Positions 9,858 through 20,100 of a stretch of 64,000 nucleotides of DNA are shown one piece after another. Origin of the DNA: an uncultured delta proteobacterium (lineage in GTDB: Bacteria > Desulfobacterota > BSN033 > UBA1163); assembly GCA_963827685.1 (NCBI GenBank), contig CAWHBU010000004.1:640001-704000 (forward strand), read 5' to 3'. A program made the translations under genes and the position numbers. Numbering within the stretch: the first letter of the stretch is position 1; every line of letters begins with the position of its first letter. The notes under the pieces were generated by a model, which saw nothing but the letters and a program-made list of their open reading frames with translations, was not told the origin of the DNA and searched no databases.

Positions 9858-10001
9858 TCTTAAAGTACAGTTTTTCCAATGATAAAATACGTCTTTTACC
9901 TTATTTACTTTACAGAGCCTTATGATTAAACCTTAAGAAGGTTTAATCAATCATTTTTAAGGTTTAAGGAGAACCAATCAAAATTTTGAAAGGGGCTAAA
10001 T

Positions 10002-10649
10002 ATGGTAAGAAAAAAAGGTTTATTGCTGATTTCCCTTTTTGTTGTTCTCTTAGTTGGGTGCGCCACAACAGCTCCTGTTCGTCCGGCGCTCAAAGAAGAT
10101 CTCAATGTCCCTTCTGGTAAGATTGAAGGAAATCAATTCACAGGTATTCGGTATCCGTTTAATGTCTCGGTTCCTTCCCATTGGAAAATGACAACAGAAT
10201 TCCCTGATTTCCTGGAAGAGCTGGGCTATGACAAACCTTCTCCGACGGATAAGGAGCAGACGGAGTTGTATATTTTCAATCCGCTGACCCAGTCGAGCCT
10301 CCAGATCGATTTTAGTCCTGCAAATCCAGGCTTTGTCCCTAGCCAAGGAGTAATGGAGGCACTGGTCGGTATGGGGGCCAGCAGCTTGAAGGAGGAGTGG
10401 GGAAAGGAAGGTGTCCGAGTTGACACCAGCTCAACAGAAGCCGTAACTTTGAAAGGCGTTCAATATGCAGCGAAAAAATATGTTACTTACACCATAAAGG
10501 GTGTGAAGCGAGAACAAGGATGGATTTACGGGTTTACAGAGCCCTATCAAATCTTCATCCTTTATGTGATAGTTGGAGAGGATGCCGCAAAAGACCGCCA
10601 GGATATAAGGAAGATCCTCGATTCTTTTGAGGTGATGATGAAGAAATAG
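10002..10649 (+). CDS. Hypothetical lipoprotein
   Basis: Signal peptide with lipobox LVGC. Confidence 0.75.
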   Translation: MVRKKGLLLISLFVVLLVGCATTAPVRPALKEDLNVPSGKIEGNQFTGIRYPFNVSVPSHWKMTTEFPDFLEELGYDKPSPTDKEQTELYIFNPLTQSSLQIDFSPANPGFVPSQGVMEALVGMGASSLKEEWGKEGVRVDTSSTEAVTLKGVQYAAKKYVTYTIKGVKREQGWIYGFTEPYQIFILYVIVGEDAAKDRQDIRKILDSFEVMMKK

Positions 10650-10678
10650 AGAAAAGGGCTGACAAGGTGTCTTTGCTT

Positions 10679-10711
10679 ATCCCGTCAATCCATAGGATTG
10701 ATGGGATTTTT
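10679..10711 (+). terminator. Rho-independent terminator
   Basis: ATCCCGTCAATCC-ATA-GGATTGATGGGAT then T run. Confidence 0.65.
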
Positions 10712-10771
10712 GTTCTTATCTTCTAACCTTGATGTCAGTTGATTTATGCGAGATAATTCTTTATGTTAAGT

Positions 10772-12099
10772 CAGTACTGTCCGGTTAAGGATTTTTAAAA
10801 ACTGACAATGTTAAACAATGTTAATAGGATAAACATAACAATGACCGTTTTCGATTTCAGATCGTCTGCTTTTATTGGCCATAATACTTCCATCTCAGAG
10901 TGGAAAGGAATGGTCAATGCACTGTGGACGAATGATCTTTTCACAACTCATAAACTTTCTGCCCAAACACGAATTCAACAAGTGTGTGCGAAGATACCAA
11001 GGCAATTACCGAGTCCGAAGATTTTCCTGTTTCGATCAATTTCTCTGCATGGCCTTCGCCCAGCTTACTTACCGAGAAAGTCTTCGCGAGACCGAAACGT
11101 GCTTGCGCGCCTTGCAGTCCAAACTCTACCATGTAGGGATTCGGAGCAAAGTCGCTCGAAGCACCCTGGCCGAAGCCAACGAAAACAGAGACTGGCGGAT
11201 CTACGCCGATTTTGCTCAAGTGCTGATCCGAAGAGCAAGGTACCTGTATGCCAAAGAAGATTTCGGCGTGCTCTTGGATCAAGCCGCCTATGCCTTCGAT
11301 TCGACGACGATCGATCTCTGTCTCTCGCTTTTTCCTTGGGCCCATTTTCGCAAACGCAAAGGCGCCATCAAACTCCATACGCTGATGGACCTCCATGGCA
11401 GTATCCCCTGCTTTATCCGCGTTACCGAAGGCAATGTTCACGACGTCAATCTCCTCGACCAATTGATCTTAGAGCCTGGCTCTTTTTACATTATGGATCG
11501 CGGCTATATCGATTTTGCCCGCCTGTATGTGTTCGCCCTCCATTCAGCCTTCTTTATCATTCGCGCCAAGAGAAATCTCGATTGCACTCGTCGAAGCTAC
11601 CGCCTCGTCGACAAAACCACGGGACTCCGAAGCGATCAAACGATTCTTCTCAATGGCCCAAAGACCTCCCAGGAATATCCCGATCCCCTTCGCCGGATCA
11701 GCTATTTCGATATCGTAACGTCCAAACGATTCGTATTCCTGACAAACAATTTTATGCTCAACCCTCTGACCATTACCCAACTGTACAAATGCCGCTGGCA
11801 GGTGGAACTCTTCTTCAAGTGGATCAAACAGCACCTTCGAATCAAATCCTTTTATGGAACCTCCGAGAATGCAGTGAAAACCCAAATCTGGATTGCAATA
11901 AGTATTTATGTTCTCTCCGCTATTATCAAGAAAGAATTGAAACTCGACCGAAGTCTCAACGAAATCCTGCAAATCTTGAGCATCACTTTATTCGAGAAAA
12001 ACCCCATTTATCAGGTGCTTTCAGGTTTTTTTGATGATATTAAAAAACCCGATTTCTGTAACCAATTGTCTTTATTCAATTCTTAACCGGACAGCACTG
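10772..12099 (+). mobile_element. IS4-family insertion sequence
   Basis: TIRs CAGTACTGTCCGGTTAAG / CTTAACCGGACAGCACTG; 9-bp target duplication ATGTTAAGT (10763-10771, 12100-12108). Confidence 0.93.
10917..12086 (+). CDS. IS4-family DDE transposase
   Basis: AFDSTTI, MDRGYID, YKCRWQVELFFKWIKQ (YREK-like). Confidence 0.92.
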   Translation: MHCGRMIFSQLINFLPKHEFNKCVRRYQGNYRVRRFSCFDQFLCMAFAQLTYRESLRETETCLRALQSKLYHVGIRSKVARSTLAEANENRDWRIYADFAQVLIRRARYLYAKEDFGVLLDQAAYAFDSTTIDLCLSLFPWAHFRKRKGAIKLHTLMDLHGSIPCFIRVTEGNVHDVNLLDQLILEPGSFYIMDRGYIDFARLYVFALHSAFFIIRAKRNLDCTRRSYRLVDKTTGLRSDQTILLNGPKTSQEYPDPLRRISYFDIVTSKRFVFLTNNFMLNPLTITQLYKCRWQVELFFKWIKQHLRIKSFYGTSENAVKTQIWIAISIYVLSAIIKKELKLDRSLNEILQILSITLFEKNPIYQVLSGFFDDIKKPDFCNQLSLFNS

Positions 12100-12139
12100 A
12101 TGTTAAGTATTAAATCCGGTGAGACGATGGAGGATTCGT

Positions 12140-13324
12140 ATGGAGAAGGTGGAACTGAAGAAGGGGATTTATTGGGTTGGAGCCATTGATTGGAACATAA
12201 GAGATTTCCACGGCTATTCGACTCCTTATGGGACAACGTATAACGCTTATTTGATACTGGACGAGAAGAACGTTCTTGTCGATACGGTGAAGGCTCCATT
12301 CTACCTCGAGATGCTCGGGCGGATTTCAGAAATCATCGATCCATCAAAAATTGATGTGGTCGTTTCGAATCATGTGGAAATGGATCACTCTGGTTCGCTC
12401 ACTCAGGTGGTCGAACGGATCGGTAACCCTACCGTCATCTCCTCTGAGAGGGGACAGAAGGGTTTGACAAAGCATTATAAGAAGTCGCTGAAATTCAAGA
12501 CCGTGAAGAGTGGAGAAGCGTTTTCCATTGGTCATCGGACTCTTACCTTTGTGGAGGCACCGATGCTTCACTGGCCGGATAGCATGTTCACCTATATCAA
12601 AGAAGATCAGCTTCTTTTACCGAACGATGCTTTTGGCCAGCATATTGCCACTTCTCAAAGATTTGAGGATGAGGTGGGGGATGTCACAATGAAACATGCC
12701 GCAAAATACTATGCCAATATCCTCTGGCCTCTGGCGCCACTCATTCTGAAAAAAGTGGACGAAGTGGTGAAGATGGGAATTCCCATCGATATGATTGCGC
12801 CCAGCCATGGTCTTATCTGGAGAAAGGATCCCAGCCGAATCATTCAGGCCTATGTGGATTGGAGCCAGGGAAAGGCTGGGAATAAAATCCTCGTCATCTA
12901 CGATACGATGTGGGGAAGTACGGAGAGCATGGCTAAGGCTATCCTCAAGGGCCTGATTGAGGAGGGAGCTGAAGCGAGGCTACTCCATCTCCGATCCAAT
13001 CATCGGAGCGATATCATCGAGGAGATGCTCGAAGCAAAGGGTATCCTCTTAGGTTCTCCCACATTGAACAACGGGATGTTTCCAACGATGGGAGATTTTT
13101 TAACCTATATGAAGGGGTTGAGACCCAAAGGGAAGATCTTCGGTCTCTTTGGATCGCATGGATGGGGAGGAGGAGCGATCAAAGAAATGAGAAGGGCTCT
13201 CGAGCAGGAGAAATTCGAGATTTGGGAAAGGGAGCTTTCTGTCCAATTTGTTCCAGATCCAGAAGAATTGAAAATTGCGATTCAATTCGGAAAAGAATTT
13301 GCTCGTAAAGTCCTAGGCAAATAG
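12140..13324 (+). CDS. fprA: Flavodiiron protein (A-type flavoprotein, O2/NO reductase)
   Basis: GTTYNAYLI, NHVEMDHSG, HWPDSM, DAFGQH, PSHG, flavodoxin YDTMWGSTE. Confidence 0.92.
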   Translation: MEKVELKKGIYWVGAIDWNIRDFHGYSTPYGTTYNAYLILDEKNVLVDTVKAPFYLEMLGRISEIIDPSKIDVVVSNHVEMDHSGSLTQVVERIGNPTVISSERGQKGLTKHYKKSLKFKTVKSGEAFSIGHRTLTFVEAPMLHWPDSMFTYIKEDQLLLPNDAFGQHIATSQRFEDEVGDVTMKHAAKYYANILWPLAPLILKKVDEVVKMGIPIDMIAPSHGLIWRKDPSRIIQAYVDWSQGKAGNKILVIYDTMWGSTESMAKAILKGLIEEGAEARLLHLRSNHRSDIIEEMLEAKGILLGSPTLNNGMFPTMGDFLTYMKGLRPKGKIFGLFGSHGWGGGAIKEMRRALEQEKFEIWERELSVQFVPDPEELKIAIQFGKEFARKVLGK

Positions 13325-13325
13325 C

Positions 13326-13469
13326 AATTTGGAGATTGCGAATTTAGGAATTACGAATTTAGGGATTGTTAAAATTCAGGGATTCAGGAATTCGGAAATT
13401 GGGAGATTTGATTCTTTTAGCTTTTGATTCCTCAATTCCTCAATTCCTCAATTCCTCAATCCCTCAATC
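13326..13469. repeat. Inverted array of 8-bp tandem units (AATTCCTC / GGGATT-like)
   Basis: gattcctcaattcctcaattcctcaattcctcaatccctcaat opposite aggaatt/gggatt units. Confidence 0.75.
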
Positions 13470-13500
13470 TGTGAGTTAGGGCTTACCTGAGGGTTTGGGA

Positions 13501-13887
13501 ATGCCGGAGGAAACAGCCTATAATCAGATTGTGATTGACCATTTGAGACATCCGAGGAATATGGGTGAGATGGAGAACGCTGACGGAGTTGGGGAAGCTC
13601 AGAATCCTGTCTGCGGTGATACGATGCGGCTCTTTATTAAAGTAGAGACGGATCGGGTCATTGACGCCACGTTTCTGACCTTTGGGTGTGGAGCCGCCAT
13701 CGCTTCTTCGAGCATCGCAACAGAGATGATCAAGGGAAAAAGGATTGATGAGGCTCTTATGATTTCAGATCTGGCGATCACTGAAGCCCTTGGTGGACTT
13801 CCGCCCACCAAGGTTCATTGTTCCGTTCTGGCAGAGAAAGCCATCCATGCGGCTGTTTTCGATTATCAGAAAAGGAGAGGGGGGTGA
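13501..13887 (+). CDS. iscU: IscU/NifU-N Fe-S cluster scaffold
   Basis: HPRNMG, NPVCGD, FGCGAAIASSS, LPPTKVHCS. Confidence 0.88.
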   Translation: MPEETAYNQIVIDHLRHPRNMGEMENADGVGEAQNPVCGDTMRLFIKVETDRVIDATFLTFGCGAAIASSSIATEMIKGKRIDEALMISDLAITEALGGLPPTKVHCSVLAEKAIHAAVFDYQKRRGG

Positions 13888-13891
13888 TCCA

Positions 13892-15247
13892 GTGATCGAA
13901 AGGGAGTCTGCTCTCCGTTTATTAAAAAAAGTGGTTCAAGAATCCCCTGCCGATCAGACAGAAGCTATCCTCTTAACAGAGGATTCCTCACTCACGCGTT
14001 TTGCCGGCTCTGCCATCCACCAGCACGTGACTGAGAGAAACCAAACGGTCATCCTCCGAGTGGTTTTGGGAAAAAGAATCGCGGTCGTTACAACAAATAT
14101 TTTTCGACCGTCTTCAGTAAAAAAATCCCTTCAGAGAGCAATTTCTCTTGCAAAAGTTCAACAACCCAACGATGAATTTATTTCTTTACCAGGGCCGAAA
14201 CCGATTCCTGAAATCGGAACCTTTTCTAAAAATATAAGCCACCTTACGCCGAATCAGAAGGTGAAAACGGTTCAAAGCCTGTTGAGGCGGGTAAAAGAAA
14301 AGGGATGCAAAGCTTCTGGCGCCTTTTCGAACGGGGAGGTTGAACTGGCAGTCGTGAATTCCCTTGGCGTGGAGGCTTATCAGAAATTTTCTGACCTGTT
14401 CCTTCATCTGATCGCAGAAAACGACAAAAGTTCTGGTTATGCGAGTTTTGTGGCAAGGGACCCCGATCAATTAGATGTTGATGCTTTAGCCCAAGAGGCA
14501 ATCAGAAAGACATCCGAGGAGGAACCGATTCAGATTGAACCAGGAGAGTATGAGGTGATTTTAGAACCTTCCGCGGTGAGTGAATTCTTATCCTTTCTGG
14601 GCTATTTGGGCTTTCATGCACAGGCAGTACAAGAAGGCCGAAGTTTTTTCTCTAATCGGTTCGGGGAAAAAATGGTCGATGAAAGGGTGACGATTTACGA
14701 TGACGGTCTTGACCCAGAAGGATTACAAGTCCCTTTTGACTTCGAAGGCATTCCGAAGAAGAGGGTCACCTTTTTTGACAGAGGGGTTGCGAAAGAGGTG
14801 ACCTATGATTCCTTCACAGCAGGCCGGGAAGGGAAAAAATCCACCGGGCATGGCTTGATCGCACCCAATACAGAAGGTCCCATTCCCATCAACCTTTTTA
14901 TGAAGGGAGGGGAATCCTCGCTGGAGGACATGATCCAATCTGTTCGAAGAGGAATTTATGTGACCCGATTCCATTATACCAATGTGGTGGAGCCTATGAA
15001 GGCCGTCATCACGGGGATGACCCGAGACGGGACTTTTTTGATTGAGGAAGGTGAGATCAAAAGACCGGTCAAGAATCTCAGGTTCACAGAATCTATCCTG
15101 AAGGCACTTTCTCGGGTGACCGGCGTATCAAAGGATCGAAGAATTTGTTCAGAAGGAACGGTCTACTCAAGGCGTTTTGTTACCGGCACGGTGGCTCCTG
15201 CTATCAAAATAGATGGATTCAATTTTTCGGGAGTCTCCGCATTATAG
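13892..15247 (+). CDS. TldE/PmbA family protein
   Basis: YEVILEPSAV, FDFEG, TGMTRDG, VKNLRFTES; no HExxH; GTG start. Confidence 0.85.
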   Translation: MIERESALRLLKKVVQESPADQTEAILLTEDSSLTRFAGSAIHQHVTERNQTVILRVVLGKRIAVVTTNIFRPSSVKKSLQRAISLAKVQQPNDEFISLPGPKPIPEIGTFSKNISHLTPNQKVKTVQSLLRRVKEKGCKASGAFSNGEVELAVVNSLGVEAYQKFSDLFLHLIAENDKSSGYASFVARDPDQLDVDALAQEAIRKTSEEEPIQIEPGEYEVILEPSAVSEFLSFLGYLGFHAQAVQEGRSFFSNRFGEKMVDERVTIYDDGLDPEGLQVPFDFEGIPKKRVTFFDRGVAKEVTYDSFTAGREGKKSTGHGLIAPNTEGPIPINLFMKGGESSLEDMIQSVRRGIYVTRFHYTNVVEPMKAVITGMTRDGTFLIEEGEIKRPVKNLRFTESILKALSRVTGVSKDRRICSEGTVYSRRFVTGTVAPAIKIDGFNFSGVSAL

Positions 15248-15262
15248 GTGAGGCAAAATGAC

Positions 15263-15312
15263 TAACCCCCCTTCATCCCCCCTTAGATTAAGGGGGGAAT
15301 AGAGGGGGGTTA
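15263..15312. repeat. GC-rich intergenic palindrome
   Basis: taacccccc..ccccccttagattaaggggg..ggggggtta. Confidence 0.6.
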
Positions 15313-15347
15313 AAAATAACTTTAGGCACTCTTTAAAGAGGCAAGAG

Positions 15348-16794
15348 ATGAGGCAACTTATCCAGAACATTCTTGATATAGCGAAGCTGAAAAAGGTGCC
15401 ATACGCCGATATTCGAAATCGTTCGTCGCCAGAATGAAGAGATCGAAGTGAAGAACGGGAAAGTAGAGGCTTTGATCCATGATGAGGATTTCGGCTTCGG
15501 AATCAGAATTCTTTTCCAAGGCGCTTGGGGATTTGCCTGCAGTTCAAAAGTGACCAAGGGAGAGATGGAGGCAGTATTTGGCAAGGCCCTCAGGATCGCC
15601 AAAGCCAGTTCAAAGGTGAAAGGGAAGGAGATCGTTTTGCCATCCGCTTCTCCTGTAGTAGATAGATATAAAACCCCGATTTCTATCGATCCCTTTGATG
15701 TCGCTCCTGAAGCAAAACTTGATCTCCTACTTAAAGCCGATGAGGTCATCCGCAGAAATAAACAGGTGAAGATCTCCGAAGCCTTTTCTGGTTCTTATAG
15801 AACAGAAAAGACATTCGCCTCCACTGAAGGTTCTTATATCGAACAGGAAATTGTTGAGTGCGGAGCAGGCATTTCAGCCACAGCCATTGAGGGAAGCGAG
15901 GTGCAGGTTCGATCCTTTCCTAACTCTTTCCGGGGGAATTTTGCCACTCGGGGTTATGAGTGGATCGAGAAATTAGCCCTTGCGGATCAGGCAGAAAGGG
16001 TAGCTGAAGAGGTTTCCCAACTCCTTTCAGCAAGATCTTGTCCTGCTAAGACCACCACGCTGATATTGGATAGTTCACAGCTGGCCCTTCAGATTCACGA
16101 ATCCATTGGTCATCCGATTGAACTGGATCGAATTCTCGGGACCGAGGCCAGTTATGCCGGGACTAGTTTTTTGAAGCCAGAGATGGTGGGTGATTTTAAG
16201 TATGGTTCAGAATGGGTAAATATCGTTGCCGATGCTACCACTCCTGGTGGGTTGGGAACTTTCGGTTATGACGATGAAGGAACGAAGGCTCAAAGAGTTC
16301 CCATCATTTCTCGCGGGATTTTAGTCAACCTTTTGACCTCAAGGGAGACGGCCCACCATCTGGAAAAAGAAAGCAATGGGACGATGAGAGCGGATGGCTG
16401 GAATCGAATTCCCCTGATCCGGATGACGAACATCAATCTGGAACCCGGAGAGTGGACGTTAGAAGGGATGATCGCCGATACGGAGGAAGGGCTTTTCTTA
16501 ACAACCAATCGGAGTTGGTCGATTGACGACAAGAGAATAAACTTCCAATTCGGAACGGAGATTGGCTGGGAGATCAAGAACGGTAGACTTGGCGAGATGG
16601 TCAAGAACCCCACCTACACTGGGATTACCCCGAAATTCTGGAACTCCTGTGATGCCGTTGCCAATCGAGATCACTGGCAGATGTGGGGAACACCCAATTG
16701 TGGGAAGGGTGAACCTGGGCAAGTAGCTCATGTGGGGCATGGTACAGCACCGGCCAGATTTAGGAATGTTCAAGTAGGAGTGATGAAAACATAA
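15348..16794 (+). CDS. tldD: TldD metalloprotease with apparent +1 frameshift at 15416-15418
   Basis: HESIGHPIELDR, YDDEG, RMTN, CGKGEPGQ; ATG 15348 frame YADIR joins IVRRQNEEIEVKNG if one A is removed. Confidence 0.85.
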
Positions 16795-16925
16795 GCACCA
16801 AATTCCAAGCCCTGTACCTAATATGGTGCAGGGCAAGCACCAAATAACAAATAAATTCCAATTAACCAAATTCGAATTTCAATACGGGTTATTTTGGTCA
16901 TTGGATACTGAGTATTGAGATTTAT

Positions 16926-17464
16926 AAAAAATACCTGTTGAATACCGCCCAGCTCTGCTGGGCGGATGAAAACAGGTTCGCGAAGCGATAAGACATGGTA
17001 TAAGTACTGCATGAGCTCGATAAAAAGAACAAGCCATGCGGTCTACGATTTGAAATATCATATGGTATGGGTTCCCAAATATCGGAAGATGATATTGGGA
17101 GGTGAGTTGGCAAAAAGGCTTAAGATGAGTTTTGAGCAAATATCGGAGAGGTACGAGTTTGAGATAGATACGATGGAGGTAAAGGATGATCATGTTCATT
17201 TATTTTTGTCTGCCCCTCCTCGGTATTGTCCGGCAGAGATTGTGCAGATCATAAAGAGTATCTCGGCGAAAATGGTGTTCAAGCAGTTTCCAGAGGTGAA
17301 GAAAGAGCTTTGGGGTGGAGAGTTTTGGAGTGATGGGTATTTTGTTCGGTCTGTTGGAGACAAAGTTACCTCTGAAGTCATACGTCGCTATATAAAGTAT
17401 CAGCAACAGGAGCAATTAAGTTTTGAATTTTAATGCCCCGCAGCTCTGCTGCGGGGTTCTTTAC
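16926..17464 (+). mobile_element. IS200-group element, copy 2
   Basis: Same sequence as 3671-4209 by eye; preceded by TTTAT, followed by TTGGGA. Confidence 0.92.
17011..17433 (+). CDS. tnpA: IS200/IS605 Y1 HUH transposase
   Basis: Translation identical to 3756-4178. Confidence 0.93.
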   Translation: MSSIKRTSHAVYDLKYHMVWVPKYRKMILGGELAKRLKMSFEQISERYEFEIDTMEVKDDHVHLFLSAPPRYCPAEIVQIIKSISAKMVFKQFPEVKKELWGGEFWSDGYFVRSVGDKVTSEVIRRYIKYQQQEQLSFEF

Positions 17465-17487
17465 TTGGGATTTGGAAATCGGGATTT

Positions 17488-17637
17488 CTATTTTTCTTTT
17501 TTGGTGACGTCTTTAGCATATCCTTCTCGAAAGCCTTCCACAACCTTTTCGGCGACTTTTTGGGTGGCTTGGAAAATCTTTTTTAAGCCTTCCTTAAATA
17601 ACTCTTTTGCTTCTTCGAGTTCGTCTTCTTCCTTCAT
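17488..17637 (-). CDS. Small charged helical hypothetical protein (49 aa)
   Basis: ATG 17637 after GAGGTG; MKEEDELEEAKELFKEG.. Confidence 0.5.
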   Translation of the reverse strand: MKEEDELEEAKELFKEGLKKIFQATQKVAEKVVEGFREGYAKDVTKKEK

Positions 17638-17767
17638 GAGATCACCACCTCTCACCCCGCCCTCTCCCCCAAGAGGGGAAGGAAGTCGCCGACCCGTCAT
17701 AGCCTGCCTTCGCCGAAACGTTTCGTGCAGGCAGGCCGCTCTGGCGACGGCGCGGGTGAGAGGGAAT

Positions 17768-18379
17768 TCATTTGGGCTGAGCGGACATCGCTTTCATCTT
17801 CTCGATTTGAGCTCTTATTCGCTGGGCCCTTTCACTGTTGGAATCCACTTTTAGGTATTCTTCCCATGCCTTGATAGCTCCTTTAATATCTTGTTTGTCA
17901 TGAAGGAGTACAAGCCCAATATAATATCGACTGACAACATGTTTGGGATCAATTTGAGCCGCCTTTCTGAACTCTTCGAGAGCTCTATCAAATTGCCCTA
18001 GTTTTCTGTACATGATCCCCATATCTGTCCTGACATCCGGGTTATCAGGTTTGATAGCGAGGTATTGACGATAAGCCTCAATGGCTTCTCTGGGTCGGTC
18101 AGAATCGAAATAAAGGTTTCCTAATTCCACCCAGGCTGGAAGGTTCTTGGGGTCTTTCTTGACGATTTCCTTTAGGGTTTCGATCTGAGAAGCCACTTCG
18201 ATAGAGTCCCGAGCAGGAGGAACCGGTGCTGGAACACCTGATGGAGCCATTTGGGGTTTTTGAACTATGGCCACCTTTTCTACCCCTTTCGTTCCTCTCA
18301 AGATCGCAACGGTTGCACCGATGATGAATCCGACAAGGAATGCAATCACAACCATCAGGATAACGGTCTCTTTCTTCAT
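17768..18379 (-). CDS. Membrane-anchored TPR protein
   Basis: N-terminal TM; AWVELGNLYFD, VRTDMGIMYRKLG TPR repeats. Confidence 0.85.
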   Translation of the reverse strand: MKKETVILMVVIAFLVGFIIGATVAILRGTKGVEKVAIVQKPQMAPSGVPAPVPPARDSIEVASQIETLKEIVKKDPKNLPAWVELGNLYFDSDRPREAIEAYRQYLAIKPDNPDVRTDMGIMYRKLGQFDRALEEFRKAAQIDPKHVVSRYYIGLVLLHDKQDIKGAIKAWEEYLKVDSNSERAQRIRAQIEKMKAMSAQPK

Positions 18380-18510
18380 CTAAGATTCTCCTTTTTGTAT
18401 AAAATTTTATCTTAAAGGGACGGATTAATCAAATGAAAGATGATTTCCAACCCATGCTGTAGGGATATAGGTCTTCTTTGGAAGTAGGCAGAGAAATTTT
18501 GAGGAAATAG

Positions 18511-18873
18511 TCAAAAGGTGGAAGCGTTTAAGATCTCTTTGATTTTGTCAATAATGTAAGGTTTCTCCACATAGGCCCAGGCCCCTTTTTCTTTGGCTAT
18601 CCTCCCAGTATCTTCATTTCCCCGTGCTGTAATGATGATGACCCGAGGCGGAGGCTGGGTCTGTATAGCCATTTCCAATACTTCCCATCCATCCAATTCC
18701 GGCATGACCAGGTCAGTGATGATAAAGTCGAAGTGCCGTGCCTTGGCTGCCTCAATCGCCTTCCTCCCATTCTCAACCGAAATAACTTGATATCCTTCCT
18801 GGGACAGGGCTTGGGTGAGGGACCATCGGATCAAGAATTCATCATCAGCAACTAAGACCTTATAAGATTGAAT
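18511..18873 (-). CDS. Single-domain response regulator (probable ATT start)
   Basis: YKVLVADDE lies upstream of the ORF-track start; TDLVMPELDG, YVEKPY; AAGGAG 7 nt before ATT 18873. Confidence 0.8.
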   Translation of the reverse strand: MQSYKVLVADDEFLIRWSLTQALSQEGYQVISVENGRKAIEAAKARHFDFIITDLVMPELDGWEVLEMAIQTQPPPRVIIITARGNEDTGRIAKEKGAWAYVEKPYIIDKIKEILNASTF

Positions 18874-18896
18874 GGCTGCACTCCTTTGAATGGCAA

Positions 18897-19541
18897 TTAT
18901 TTCAGTTCAACATCTGATCGAGACTCATTTGATGATGAGGCTGCTTCTTTTATTAGCAGATTCCCCTGTTTAATCCCATAAGCCTCAACCATTAAATCTA
19001 AAAATGCCCTTGCATCAGTGAGTCCACCGAGATGGGTGTGAACCACCTCATGAGAGCCATCCCCATCCATTTTAATGGCGATAAAGAATGGAGTTCTGAC
19101 TTCTCCTAAAGCCTGGTGAATTTTGAAATTCTCGTCAGGGAAGATAGGAAAAGGGATATTATAGTTGTGCTTAAGAGCTTCTATCTCTAAAAGACTATTT
19201 CCCGCCCCAATGCCAATTAATTTTAGTTTGCCCCTAAGGTCTGGATTGTTTTCAATTTGACGATATATTTCCGCCATGGCCGCTACGGTACTTTGACAGA
19301 TAGGGCAATAGAGGTTGAAAATCTTAATCAGGACACCTTTCGACTTGATTTGAGGAATTTTAAAAAACCCATCTCCTGAAAGTCCTAAATAAATTTTTTC
19401 ATTTGAATCTTTAGGAATGGGAAGACGGATGGCAGGGAGTTTTCCACCTTTGACAGGAAACGAACCTTCAGCAAAGACGGGAGCGTTAAGGGTCAAAGAC
19501 AGAAGGGCAATCATAAAGGAATGCGTTAGTATCTTATTCAC
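18897..19541 (-). CDS. Exported TlpA/redoxin-like thioredoxin-fold protein
   Basis: Signal peptide, LYCPIC, FPIFPD, VRTPFF; GTG 19541 after GGAGGAGG. Confidence 0.75.
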   Translation of the reverse strand: MNKILTHSFMIALLSLTLNAPVFAEGSFPVKGGKLPAIRLPIPKDSNEKIYLGLSGDGFFKIPQIKSKGVLIKIFNLYCPICQSTVAAMAEIYRQIENNPDLRGKLKLIGIGAGNSLLEIEALKHNYNIPFPIFPDENFKIHQALGEVRTPFFIAIKMDGDGSHEVVHTHLGGLTDARAFLDLMVEAYGIKQGNLLIKEAASSSNESRSDVELK

Positions 19542-19801
19542 TATGAATGTCCTCCTCCCTGAACATGACGAAGATACAGTGGGGATCCGCACTATTCCCG
19601 CCAAACAGTTCTCTCGCCCGCTTCAACCCATTTTGTCTGTTCGGATCCATTCTCCTTTCAACCGATATCGCTAACTTCCCCATTCGCCTCTTTCTATAAC
19701 CCCTGAAATACGCATCCTACATTAATAATGTTGTGGATGATTCCCTTTTTCTCATTTTACCTGAAGCTCCCATTCCAGTCGTGGTTTGGCACCATTTTAC
19801 A

Positions 19802-19818
19802 AGCAAAATATATACCTT
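19802..19818 (-). promoter_or_regulatory. Possible sigma-54 promoter for the redoxin-RR-TPR genes
   Basis: Minus strand AGGTATATATTTTGCT = GG-N10-GC; tandem 16-bp imperfect palindromes at ~19932-19969. Confidence 0.4.
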
Positions 19819-20100
19819 AACCAGGCTCGCCGTGATAAATCTCCCCGAATAGCCTAACTCCTTAATATGAATTACTGTTTTACTTTCTTGCTGCTCCTGA
19901 AAATCAGGGGAAAAATTTTGGTTAGTCAAATTAGGTTATTTTCCGCAGAAAGGTGAGTAAATCTACGCAATTTAGATTACTTATTTCATACAACACGTGG
20001 GAACACTGCTCCTAATCCATATGGCCAAAGAAGCTGAAAGTCTTGACGAAGTGTTATGGTCGGGTCAAAATAAGCTTGAGAGATAAGACGGAGGGTAGAG

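Larger units (their letters stand above)
16793..17490. repeat. Heptamer-type inverted repeat (CAAAT.. / ..ATTTG) with a nested 26-bp palindrome, split by IS200 copy 2
   Basis: aagcaccaaattccaa..caccaaataacaaataaattccaattaaccaa vs ttggtcattgg..gatttat|ttgggatttgg; GCCCTGTACC-N6-GGTGCAGGGC at 16809-16834. Confidence 0.65.

Noticed and set aside
10808-12034. 408-aa alternative-frame ORF over the IS4 transposase
   Set aside because: No recognisable motifs; shadow frame of the real transposase.
13326-13469. Tandem repeats here and at 32786-32845 as CRISPR arrays
   Set aside because: Units are 7-8 bp with no unique spacers and no cas genes.
8893-16794. SagB-type dehydrogenase plus TldD/TldE as a microcin/TOMM RiPP cluster
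   Set aside because: No YcaO cyclodehydratase or precursor peptide; the genes are not contiguous and both families are common stand-alone.
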